From assembly GCF_006345805.1 (NCBI RefSeq), contig NC_043009.1:18600001-18664000 (forward strand): DNA of 64,000 nucleotides. Direction: 5' to 3'. The translations under genes were made by a program, and so were the position numbers. This document shows positions 11,826-23,130 of this stretch, piece by piece (the first letter of the stretch is position 1; each line of letters opens with the position of its first letter). This DNA comes from Octopus sinensis (lineage: Eukaryota). The notes under the pieces were generated by a model. The model did no database searches. It was not told the origin of the DNA and saw only the letters and a list, made by a program, of their open reading frames with translations.

Positions 11826-12091
11826 AACAATTGCAGCGTGGAAGGTGTTTTAAGAAACACACAAAAGCCGTTCGATTCACTTCAACATATAAGTTAAATT
11901 TGTCAAAATATTTTCGTCGCTAAAATCCGCGACCTGTTCACTGAGAAAAATTCGTGCTGCATCAGTGAACAGGTCGTGGATTTTAGCGACGAAAATATTT
12001 TGACAATTTTAAACTTAAATGTTGAAGTGAATCGAACGGCTTTTGTGTGTTTCTTAAATGGCTCACAAACACCTTCCACGCTGCAATTGTT
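11826..12091. repeat. long inverted repeat, about 120-bp arms and 17-nt loop
   Basis: 11826-11944 is the reverse complement of 11962-12091, with few mismatches and one indel of about 11 nt. Confidence 0.9.
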
Positions 12092-12163
12092 TTCGTTCCA
12101 GCACACGATCTCAGATCAAATCACTTGCTATGCGAGTACATCTCCATAAATATATATGTATAT

Positions 12164-12545
12164 ATGAGCAAAACGCCCCCCCCCCGTCCAATGGACGGTG
12201 CTGAGTTGTCAAACATTTAAACCAAATTTTCTCAAAACAACTTGTCCGACCATCCCATAGGGCTCCTCTTCGAGAAACACTGATTTAACCTAAATTTAAG
12301 ACACCAGCAAAAAAGAAATAAAGATAGACTTTTTGCTATTTCCAAGAAAAACGATTTTACAAATGCACGTTCCCACGGCTTTATCGATTGCATTCTCACA
12401 TCGATTTTTGTAATTTTTTTCAAGACTTATACACGCCCTGATACCGTCGGTATCTACATATCAATTTGAGCGCAATCGGATGGAGGATGCCCGAGATCCT
12501 AGAAGACACACACAGAGACAGAGAGAACGGATTTTATATAATATA
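12164..12545 (-). mobile_element. non-autonomous Helitron-like element (short copy)
   Basis: Minus-strand 5' end TATATAAAA..CTGTGTGTGTC..CCGATTGCGCTCAAATT and 3' end GGACGGGGGG..CGTTTTGCTC. Homologous to 14005-14090 and 15071-15218. Confidence 0.65.
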
Positions 12546-12777
12546 ATATTATATAATATATATATATATATACATTAGCATTCAGTCGGTTATATACACC
12601 TTCGCAGTAATATATGTTTAATAATAATATTATTTAAAACGACTACGAAGAAAGCAAGGGACTCAATTTCTGTTATTTAATCTGGTGTTCCTCTGTATGT
12701 TTAGTTAAATTATTGAACGAACAAAACAAAAGAAAGAATTAATGAATAAAAAATATACAAATAAATCTGTGACTTAC

Positions 12778-12942
12778 TGAGACAAGCTGGCAGAGTGGTA
12801 TTCCATTTGGTTCCGTCACATTGGAGAGTCCGCGATCCAAATAGATGATAACCGGCTTTACAGTCAAATGTAATCATCCCACCGTTGTGTTTAATTGTCA
12901 TTTGCCCATAAGTGAAGTACTTTGGTTCTTTACATTTTGTAC
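12778..12942 (-). CDS. internal exon encoding one Sushi/CCP (SCR) domain of a host gene
   Basis: Acceptor TTTTTTCTTTATTTAG, donor GTAAGTC, 165 nt, phase 1-1, open frame TKCKEPKYFTYGQMTIKHNGGMITFDCKAGYHLFGSRTLQCDGTKWNTTLPACL. Has four Cys plus the F.C..GY.L.G...C..W..P.C signature. Confidence 0.92.
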
Positions 12943-13505
12943 CTAAATAAAGAAAAAAAAATAATATTGCTGAAGAAAAGTTAGACTAACATTAAAAATG
13001 ACATTCAATGTTAATAAATATAAACGGGTGAACCATCCCGGAAATAACTACATATCCAGTAATATCTGGAGAACCTAAACACCTCATTCCCAGCCTAAAG
13101 CGAAATAGATAGGATATATCTAATCGATAGACACGAAATTAGAAGAAAGGATGAAGTTAAAAAATTATCTGGAAGTAAGCAATTGAATAAGCAGACACAG
13201 AAAAATTAACAAAAAGATATGTTGTCAATGCAGTTTGTACAAACACACAGACATAAAACTACTCTGCACTATGTTTATATTCTATATTTAAATTAAGTGT
13301 TCCGGAGTGATGCCAAAGGGTTTGCTGATTCCTTTTCTATTTTAATTAATATCCACTCGCTCAATGAGGAACCACTGCAAGAGCACCACATTTTTCAATT
13401 GCAGTTTAGGCCGGAGTTTTAATGGTAAACCAAACTAAGCACACAGTACAAACCTATTACATCACGTCATGTGGTGAAAACTCATATATATATATATATA
13501 TATAT

Positions 13506-13973
13506 ATAGGAAAATGTGTTGTTGAAAATATACTTAAATTTCAAAAGTTAGTAAATGTTTAAAATACATTTATTTACATATATACCAAACTAGTTTCAAC
13601 AATATTTTTTGGCTTATCAATGGTAAAAGTGTAAAATTAGAAAAACATCGTTATAAGTTTCAATGTTGATAAATCAAAATGTTTCAATGTTGATAAATTA
13701 TCATGTTCAAAACAGAAAGTGTAAGTTTGAAATTAAAACTGTATATTAATTTGTTAGAATGTACAAGGTTCATTAATTTCAGTGGTGGTTGACAAGTCAT
13801 ACTGAAAAAAACAAGTGTGAAAATTAAAATAGTAAAAAAAGGGGAAATTACGGTTTCTCAGATCTGTTTAAATATTGTTGAAACTAGTTTGGTATATATG
13901 TAAATAAATGTATTTTAAACATTTACGAACTTTTGAAATTTAAGTGCATTTTCAACAACACATTTTCCTATAT
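13506..13973. repeat. inverted repeat, about 100-bp arms and about 260-bp spacer (Penelope pLTR-like)
   Basis: 13506-13607 is the reverse complement of 13870-13973. Contains GAAACTAGT and, on the minus strand, TTGATAAG..GAAACTAGT. Confidence 0.8.
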
Positions 13974-13974
13974 T

Positions 13975-15217
13975 TTTTTCGTGCGTGGAAACACCACTCC
14001 CTCTTTTGTATAAGTCTTGAAAAAAATTACAAAAATCGATTCCAGGTGAGAATGCGAACGATAAAACCGTGGGAACTTGCATTTGTACGCGCAAGTACAT
14101 CATCTGTTGCGATCGATACTACGCGTACGCGAGAAAAATGCACGTGCAGTTTGCGCAAAATGCAGTATATTTAAGAGGCCAAAAAAGTAAGATGCAAAAG
14201 AGATATTTTCTTCAAACTTGGCTAGAAGGAAAGAAAGACTATTTGGTTTCTCCATAAGTTTTTTTTTTTGCCTTAACTTCATTTAACAAAACCAAAAATT
14301 TTATTGAAATAATGGCATGCTTAATTATTTTTTAATGAAAAGAAAACAGTGATTGCTTTTTATTCGAGAAAGAAAATACTATTTTCTTGCTAATAAATGA
14401 TTTTTGTTGCCTTACAGCTTTGAATAAAAAAAAGTGTGTTTTTTAGTGAAAGAAAACCATTATTGTATTCAATCAAGATTGTTTGAGCTATATTTCAAGG
14501 TGAATGTAGTCAAAATACTTCAATTTTAGAAACAAAAGACTATTAGCTTACTTCTTAATTGTGCAATATTTGCATTTTCTAAACGTACACAGTTAACCTA
14601 CAATTGACTAGTTTTTTTTTAATGAAAATGCGATACATTTGCATTTTATTTATAATTGTGTTATTGTTTCAAAGGTGTTTTTACGGTGAGAAGACAGTTA
14701 TTTCCCTAAAGCTGAAGTTCAATTGCATAGCATTTACATTTAAAATATGTACATCTTGCCTATTTGTGTTGACATTAATCTTGACAACTTTCAACGGTAC
14801 GTTCTCATAAATTCATCATGCTTTTCCATCTAGATTTACCTCCAGCTAACCCATTTGCAATGCTTTCGTTTTTGTCCTGCGTTTCTTCCGTCAACATGTA
14901 CATAACTGCACCTTCCATTTTTTGTTGTTTTTGTACTGCTTAAAGGCACGTTTCTTTCTTGCCAAGCTTACTATTTAAACCATGTTTGTGTTCTCCCAGT
15001 CAACAGCCTTATCATTACTGGTACTTTAAACTCTTCGGTTGCATATTTGTGTGAATAAAATCGTTTTTCATTGGAATAGACAAAAAGTCTATTTTTATTT
15101 CTTCTTTTGCTGGTGTCCCAAATTTAGGTTAAATCAGTCGGACAAGTTGTTCTGAGAGAATTTGGTTTAAATGTTTGACAACTCAGCACCGTCCATTGGA
15201 CGGGGGGCGTTTTGCTC

Positions 15218-15218
<1 letters not shown>
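13975..15218 (+). mobile_element. non-autonomous Helitron-like element (long copy, inverted relative to 12164-12545)
   Basis: Shares two blocks with the short copy. Ends GGACGGGGGGCGTTTTGCTCG before (TA)n. Confidence 0.65.
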
Positions 15219-15281
<63 letters not shown>

Positions 15282-16249
15282 CTGAGAATGTGTGCCTGTC
15301 TGTCTGTGTGTTTCCCTAAAACTTGAGAACTACACAACCAATTTCATTCAAATTTTACACATGCTTTATTTAAGGTCCGGGGAGTGCCATCGGCAAAAAA
15401 CTAAACTTTTTCCCACAGCAATATCATATCTTCTCCACTATTTCAGTATTACGTGTTAAAAGTGAAACAAAAACATCTCTCTTTTGCAATGCAGACACTT
15501 TCACTTTAATACTGAAACTATTAAAGTTAAAGTATTATATAACAGGGATGAACCATTAACAATGGTCATCCATTTTGCTAGAAGATCCGCTATGGTCTTA
15601 TATGCTACACCACTGTTTTTCAATTCATATTAATCAAATTAATATTCAATTTTTCACCCTTATTATGTGTGTGTGTGTATTAGCAATTCGTATAAAATTG
15701 CATCAATGACTTGAACTTGAATAAGTGGTTTCACATAAATGGGGATAAATTAAAAAGGTTTGTTGTTATTATTATTACTGTTTGACTATTGTACTCACGT
15801 TTGTTGGTTCCTCGTCAGGGAAACGTTGTTGTGTTGCATTTGTTAAATAATTGTAAATCGTTACCCTCCCCCTTTCGGAGAAGGGACTTTGGTTATTGTT
15901 TAAAAATTGAATTGTGTCCCTGTTTGGGGAAATTGACAATATTTTCACCGTCGATAGAAGAAAGTCCAAAAATGAATTTCGTTGCAGCCGTACACTTCTA
16001 TAAAAGAGGGAGGACAAGATCCAATTGATCGAAATTGCAAGAGACGGGCCTACAATTCCAGTCTGTTATATATTTTGAGTATTGTTATCACTAGCGATAT
16101 CAAGATATAACTTTGTATTTTGTATTTTATGTGTAGATGTATATATATAGATGTACATGTAATATGTACACATATATATACACATATATACATGCATAAT
16201 ATATCTACCCATACACACATACGCACACACACACACATACATAGGGTCA

Positions 16250-16378
16250 AGTGTGGCTGTGCGGTAACAAACTACGTTCCAAACACATGGTCCTGGGTTC
16301 AGTCCCACTGTGTGGTGACTTGGCATGTGTCTTCTGCTGTAGCCTCAGACCAACAAAAGCCTTCTCAGTGGATTTTGT
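16250..16378 (+). mobile_element. SINE family A 5' part nested in the Helitron
   Basis: GTGGCTGTGCGGTAA..GGTTCAGTCCCACTG..CCAACAAAAGCC..GTGGATTT. Confidence 0.75.
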
Positions 16379-16499
16379 ACATATATACAGGCATACATAC
16401 ATATATATACTTGCATACGTACATATTCGGCATAGACACTCTACCACTACAACTAATAACTGTTGGGAACACTTTCAAACCTGCCTTACATTCGAACCG

Positions 16500-19335
16500 G
16501 AATCTCAACGCCTGAGTTTTCCATCTGAAGTTAATCTCTCTCATGGAACTCATACAAAAAGGGCAAGTCTTTGGGCCCATACAATGTGACATGTACACAA
16601 TCGAGTGGCAAAAAAAGGGCCTTCCACATGCTCATATCCTTCTTTGGCTCTCAGCGAAGATCAATCCCAATGACATCGACAAGATAATCTCTGCAGAGCT
16701 TCCTGATCCAGCTTTAGACAAAGAACTATACGAAATAGTTAAAGCAAACATGGTACAGGGTCCATGTGGGCGTGGATTCAACATAAACACACCATGCTTG
16801 AAGGACAGCATATGTTCAAAAAGATTTCCAAGGAGGTTCCTACAAGAAACTCAGACAGGTGCTGATGGGTATCCATCATACAAACGCAGAAAACCAGAAG
16901 ACGGAGGTTTCACAGCAACTATCGGACAGCACGATATTGCTAATAGATGGATTGTTCCATACTACCCACTCCTGTCAAAGACTTTCAATGCCCACATCAA
17001 CGTTGAGTTTTGCAACTCCGTTAAATCCATCAAATACGTTTGCATATATGTAAACAAGGGTTCTGACACTGCAATGTTTGGACTTCAACAAGAATACTGC
17101 CAGGATGAGGTGACGCATTATCAGTTGGGACGGTACATAAGTAGCAATGACGCTTTCTGGCGCATCTTTGGCTTTCCAATTCATCAACGACACCCCGCCA
17201 TTCAACAGCTTGTAGTGCACCTGGAAAATGGTCAAAGAGTGTACTTCACCGATGCTAATGCTTCTCTGTTGGCAGAGGAACCAAGGGATAGCACATTCAT
17301 TGCATTCTTCAAGCTTTGTCAAGTGGATCCATTCGCTCAAACCTTGCTGTATCCACAGATTCCATCGCACTACACTTGGAATGGAAAAAATGGGCCCCAC
17401 GGAAAGCAGGTCAAAATGTTCATGGATACCCTGGCATTAAGTTTCACACTTGCTTTGGGCGAGTATACACAGTGCATCCCACTCAACAAGAGTGCTTCTA
17501 CCTTCGTCTACTACTGCATGAGGTCAGAGGGCCAACGTCTTTCCAGGCCCTAAAAACCGTTCATGGACATGTCTGCACAACATACAGAGAAGCCTGCTAT
17601 CGACAAGGTCTGTTAGAAGATGGTACACAATGGGATTCAACTTTAGGAGAGGCTGCTTTATCACAATCACCTAAAAGTCTCAGGGCACTATTTGCAGTAT
17701 TACTACAGGCATGCGAACTGTGTGATCCGGCCACTCTATGGCTCAAATATAGAGACAACCTGGCTGAAGACTTTCAGCACCAAGCTCAACTGCTCTATCC
17801 TGACATGGAGGGTATCAGCAATGAAATCTATAACAAAACACTCATTGACATTGAAGACAGAATTGCTAAACTGGGTGGAAATGAATTGTCGACGTATGGC
17901 CTGCCACAAGCATTCAGGTCAGGGTCAAATAGCCTTCCCACTGCTGTCATTCGTGAAACAACCTACGACACTCAAGCGCTTTCAAAGGACATTGTTGAAA
18001 ATGAGCCTAAATTACTTCCGCACCAGCTGCAGGCTTACAGAACTATTTTTAACAGTGTACGCCAACGCGAGGGACGAATCTTTTTCCTCGATGCTCCTGG
18101 AGGGACAGGAAAAACATTTATTACAAAGCTTCTCCTTGCAGAAGTTAGGCAGCATCAGGACATTGCAGTAGCTGTAGCCTCCTCTGGCATTGCAGCTACT
18201 TTGTTACCCGGTGGCAGGACAGCACACTCAACTTTTAAACTCCCACTCAATTTAGCAGCATCCGAAATGCCTTCATGCAACATCAACAAAAGCTCAGATC
18301 AGAGACAAGTACTTAAAATGTGTCATCTAATTGTCTGGGATGAGTACACTATGGCTCACAAGGGAGCTTTGGGAACATTAGATAGAACCCTGAAAGACAT
18401 CCGAGACTGTCAGGCTCCAATGGGAGGTGTAACGCTTCTGTTGTGAGGTGATTTCAGGCAAACTCTTCCTGTCATTCCGAAAGGCACTAGAGCAGATGAA
18501 GTTCAAGCATGCCTAAAGTCCTCTACCCTGTGGCATCATGTTACAATCCTCAGTCTCACCACTAACAATCCTCAGCTACACGGCGACAAAATATCCACAA
18601 AGTTTGCACTGGACATTTTGACACTTGGTGAAGGCAAGATGCCTCTCGATGCTGCAAGACAAATGGAAGTGTGGTCATTTTCCTCAAAAACAAAGTCTTT
18701 CCCAACTTCAAACAAAACTACCAAAATCACAATTGGCTGTGTGAAAGAGCAATATTAGCCCTAAAAAACGTCGCTGTTAACAAAATTAATCAACAGCTAG
18801 CTAATGCATTCTCTTCCCGGCACTATACACACTTACAAGTCTGTTGATACAATTCCAGATATAAATGAAGTTGTGAACTATCCTCCTGAATTTCTCAATT
18901 TACTGGAGCCTCCTGGACTACCTCCATACATATTAGCACTTAAAGTTGGAACTCCTGTAATGCTACTCCGCAATCTGGAACCACCAAGACTTTGCAATGG
19001 AACACGACTGGTGATAAAGAAAATGACGTCACACGTTATCGAGGCGATCATTCTTTCTGGATATGGAAAAGGTGATGCCGTCTTTATTCCAAGAATTCCT
19101 CTTACTCCATCAGGAGCAGAAATTCCATTTACATTCAGAAGACTGCAATTCCCCCTTCGTGTCAGCTTTGCCATGTCCATTAACAAATCTCTGTAGTTGG
19201 TCTTCTCTTGGAAGAGCCCTGCTTCTCGCATGGGCAACTGTATGTTGGCTGCTCAAGAGTAGGAACCAAAAGAAACCTTTTTGTATATGCTCCTCAAGGA
19301 AAAACAAGGAACATTGTTTACAACGAGGTGTTATA
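16500..19335 (+). pseudogene. Helitron RepHel (HUH Rep plus PIF1-like helicase), frameshifted and lacking the N-terminus
   Basis: EWQKKGLPHAHIL (HUH), SIKYVCIYVNKG (Tyr motif), FFLDAPGGTGKTF (Walker A), LIVWDE, L*GDFRQTLPV, LCNGTRL, QFPLRVSFAMSINKS, HGQLYVGCSRV. Split over ORFs 16543-17553, 17316-18446 and 18804-19196. Confidence 0.95.
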
Positions 19336-19417
19336 ATCTCAACAGCCAGGAGGTATATACATGATCCCCCTTTTTTTAACAAACTTCATGTACTTTCATG
19401 TATTTATATTAATATAC

Positions 19418-19448
<31 letters not shown>

Positions 19449-19597
19449 GTGTGTGTGTGTGTGTGTGTGTTGTGTGTGTGTGTGTGTGTGTGTGTGTCTG
19501 TGTGTGTGTGTGTGTGTGTATCCATATATATATAACAGAAAAGTCTAATTCTTCAATTGAATGTAACCGGGCAACGCCGGGTATCTCTGCTAGTATA

Positions 19598-19651
<54 letters not shown>

Positions 19652-19654
19652 GGA

Positions 19655-20005
19655 TTTAAACTTTAGCAGTTGGGATGGGGAGATCCTAGTGCTCAACTGG
19701 CACTTAATTTTATCGACCCCGAAAGGATGAGAGGCAAAGAGCACCCTGACAGCATCTGAATTTAGAACGTAATGTCCAAAGATATATATATATTATTTGT
19801 TTCAGTCATCAGATTGCGGCCATGCTTGGGCACCGCCTTGAGGAATTTTTAGTGGAATGTATCGACCCCAGCACTTTTTTTTAAAGCCTGGAACTTATTT
19901 TATCGGTGTCTTTTACTGAACCGCTAGCTTACGAGGACGTAGACACCAGTATCGGTTATCAAGTGGTAGGTGGAGTGGAGGATAAACACAGATACACACA
20001 CACAC
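19655..20005 (-). mobile_element. adjacent SINE B (19655-19770) and SINE A-related (19795-20005) fragments
   Basis: Homology to other copies in the window. Confidence 0.7.
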
Positions 20006-20009
20006 GTAT

Positions 20010-21237
20010 CAAATTTACAAAAAAACAAAAGATAAAGACACATAAGGAAACAACAAGCAGGTGTATTAGCTTAACGCTCGGAAAGAATGGAAAAGTCTTT
20101 GACGTTTCGAGCCTACGCTCTTCGAGAGAAAATTTGAGAGGGAAAAATGGAGAGAGAGAATGAAAAATAAAATTAAAAAAAAACAGAGAGAGAAATGTGT
20201 AGAGATTAACGGTTCAACATGATGAAATGACAGGAAGAAAGAGGCTGAGTGAAAGGGAGACAATAATAGGGACCCGGCTGAACTAGGGTGTGCAAACATG
20301 TGTGTCTGTGATGACGGTGTGTATGAGTGTGTATGTATGAATGAGGGGGAGCGCGTGTGGATGTATGTGTGGGCGAACTTAAAATTGTGGGCCCTTTGTG
20401 TACGTATGGGAGCGTGTGTGTGTATGTGTGTAATTAACCCAGTGCATGCATTTTGTGGAGTGATGAGCGTTTTTGTACGTGTGTGTCCCCGAACAGACGT
20501 GTGTATATGCGTGTGAGGCTGTGTATAGAATGTATGTGAGACTATCCTATGTGTGATTGTGAGCAAACGCTTCAGCCTGTGAGTGTGTATTTGAGCGTGT
20601 GTTCCTGTGTATAAGTAACCTAGTGTGTGCGTTGTGCGGCGTGATGTGCGTTTCATGCATATTCGTGTGAATGAGAAAAAATATCATGCATGCCTGCAAA
20701 GCACATCTCGAAGGAAGGAAGTCAATATGAAAACCAATACTAAGGTTTGATGGCTGCAGCGTGGACGAACACAAAAACACAGAGAGACACAGGAACGGTA
20801 CCAAAAGTTGGGATCAAGGATAGCGGCAGCGGCAACGGAGGAGAGGATGGAGGTGAGGGCAGGGTCATAGTGCTACTAAGAACAACGATAACGGTGACAA
20901 TATAAAGGGCATAAGGTACAATGCGAAACACAGAGATGCGTGCGTGCACGCACACACAGACACACACTCACACACACACTTACGTACATACTCACGTACA
21001 CATGTACACACACAAATACAGACGCAAGTGCATGGGCATATGAAGATACATATCATAGAATAACAGAATGGACTAAGAGGAGCAGGAACATACACAAGGG
21101 TGGAAAGTGTCACAGGTGTGTGACGAAATATTTCCGGATAATGGACATGAGCTAAAATAAGAACGGCAATGAACGAGCGAAAAACGAATATATAGTGCGT
21201 GTGTTGATTTGGAAAAAATGACCATTATGAAATACAA

Positions 21238-21240
<3 letters not shown>
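20010..21240 (-). mobile_element. probable Penelope pLTR-derived repeat with a minimal hammerhead-like motif and TG-rich low complexity
   Basis: Minus strand 20098-20131 reads TTTCTCTCGAA-GAGC-GTAG-GCTC-GAAACGTC-AAA. The extent of the element is uncertain. Confidence 0.45.
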
Positions 21241-21268
<28 letters not shown>

Positions 21269-21612
21269 GGTGTAGGTGTAGGTGTCGGAGCGGCTGGTGG
21301 TAAGTAGCTTCCATTTTCTATTACCAACCAGATGGTTCCGGCTTCAGTCCCACTGCGTGGCACCTTGGGCAAGTGTCTTCTACTATAGCCTCGGGCTGAC
21401 CAAAGCCTTGTGAGCGTATTTAGTGGATGAAAACTGAAAGAAGCTCGTCGTATGTGTGTGTATGTGTTTGCCCCCGCCTTACATCGCTTCCCAACCGATG
21501 CAGGTGTGTTTACATCCCCGTAACTTAGCAGTTCGGCAAAATAGACTATTGCTCGACTAAAGGCGGTGCTCCAGCTTGGCCGCAGTCAAATAACTGAAAC
21601 AAGTGAAAGAGT
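21269..21612 (+). mobile_element. SINE family A, near full length
   Basis: Head, body, internal TG tract and 3' GGTGCTCCAGC..TGAAACAAGTGAAAGAGTA tail. Confidence 0.88.
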
Positions 21613-21659
21613 ACGAGAGTATACATACATGTATATATGTATATATATAAATATAAATG

Positions 21660-21902
21660 CGCCCTTTTTAATGCCTAGCCAGACTCTTGGGCTCAGTTTT
21701 CTCGGTTTCTATGGCGTATGTGTTCCCCAGCTGAACGGGACGCTAGTCCATCGCAGCGTTACTCATTTTTGTCAGCTGAGTGGACTGGAGCAACGTGAAA
21801 TGAAGTGTTTTGCTCAAGAACACAACGCGTCGCCCGGTCCAAGAATAGAAACCACAATCTTGCGATCATGGTGCTGACACCCTAACCACTAAGTCACGCG
21901 CC
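21660..21902 (-). mobile_element. SINE family C variant
   Basis: Reverse-complement head GGCGCGTGACTTAGTGGTTAGG and core shared with 11370-11490. The 3' part differs. Confidence 0.75.
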
Positions 21903-21923
21903 TCCACACACACACACCACACA

Positions 21924-21954
<31 letters not shown>

Positions 21955-22001
21955 ACACACACACACACCACACACACACACACACATACACACACACATA
22001 C

Positions 22002-22063
<62 letters not shown>

Positions 22064-22773
22064 CACTTATTAGAGAACAAACATCAAATTCGAGTCAACG
22101 ATTTTATAAAATACCACGCTTCCATACATTTGATCATATATAAATATTACCAATGCCTTTATCATATAAAAAGAATTCATATATAAAAATATAAAAAAAA
22201 AACACAGAAGGTAAAAAATATATATGCAAATAAAAATACAAATATATAGAACGGCCTGCAAGAATTTATATACAATCGACGAAAAATTCCAAAGCGCGCC
22301 ATGCGACTAAAAACCTAAATAAAATATCAATCGACTAAATTTTTTTTATTACTTCCCTCAATTAAAAAAATCTCAAAATAGTTCATGTCATAAAAACCAT
22401 GGTAGGTCAGAGTTCAGGAACGTAAGAGAATTCCACAAAATCAAGTCAAACGTATCTCTGGCCATTTCGGCAGTTCACTGCAGCGGTTCGATTACGAGTT
22501 AAGGTGTATCTAGGCAATGACCCCCTCGTCAGGATGAACACGAATCTCAACAATTAGTCGTTCACACACACACACACTCGCGCACACACACAATATCATC
22601 ACACACAACATGGACAAAAATTTCTTCTTAAGAAAATACATATTCAAATAAGTAAACCTTAATATCATGAATAACGAAAGCGAAACCGGTCGATATATTG
22701 AAAATTATATTAAAACTGTGAAAAGTGTTCGTATTTTCCTTTTTTAATTTCTTATATATATATATTGTTGTAG

Positions 22774-22828
22774 TTAGGGATTGTCATGTTGCCAGTTTAG
22801 CCATGACTGGCAACATGACCATCCCTAA
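22774..22828. repeat. mini foldback with 23-bp arms (MITE reduced to its TIRs)
   Basis: TTAGGGATTGTCATGTTGCCAGT / ACTGGCAACATGACCATCCCTAA, one mismatch, 9-nt loop. Confidence 0.8.
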
Positions 22829-23130
22829 ATACAGCAATATATATGTGTGTGTGTGTGTGTATGTATGTTCTCCCACCACCACCTCTTGACAATCTGCTTT
22901 GTTTTGTTTACAACACCGGCCAAAGTAACCGAGAGAATAAGTACAAGGCTTTTAAAAAAAAGTATTGTGGTCGACTAGTTTGCCTGAACCCATCAAGGTG
23001 GTGCCTGAGCATGGCCACAGTTCAACGAGTGAAGCAAGTAAAAGATAAAAGATGAAAGATAGCCCAGCATTATTGCGTTCTACAAACATTTATTTCTGTC
23101 CCTTAGCTGCTACTTTTAACAACATATCTT

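Larger units (their letters stand above)
15270..19593 (+). mobile_element. Helitron, autonomous-derived, decayed
   Basis: 5' end TATATAGAA..GTCTGTCTGTGTG..AACCAATTTCATTCAAATTT. 3' hairpin CCGG-GCAACG-CCGG (19567-19580) followed by CTAG 19590-19593 and T. Flanked by (TA)n. Internal Rep/helicase. Confidence 0.88.

Noticed and set aside
12710-12901. ORF-track start and stop for the Sushi peptide
   Set aside because: The Met is internal and the tail is intron read-through. Splice sites define 12778-12942.
15795-15830. Hammerhead on the minus strand (CTGACGAGGAACC..AAACGT)
   Set aside because: GAAA is missing and stems I and II are unconvincing.
16543-19196. Host PIF1 helicase gene
   Set aside because: Fused to an HUH Rep, intronless, frameshifted and bounded by Helitron termini.
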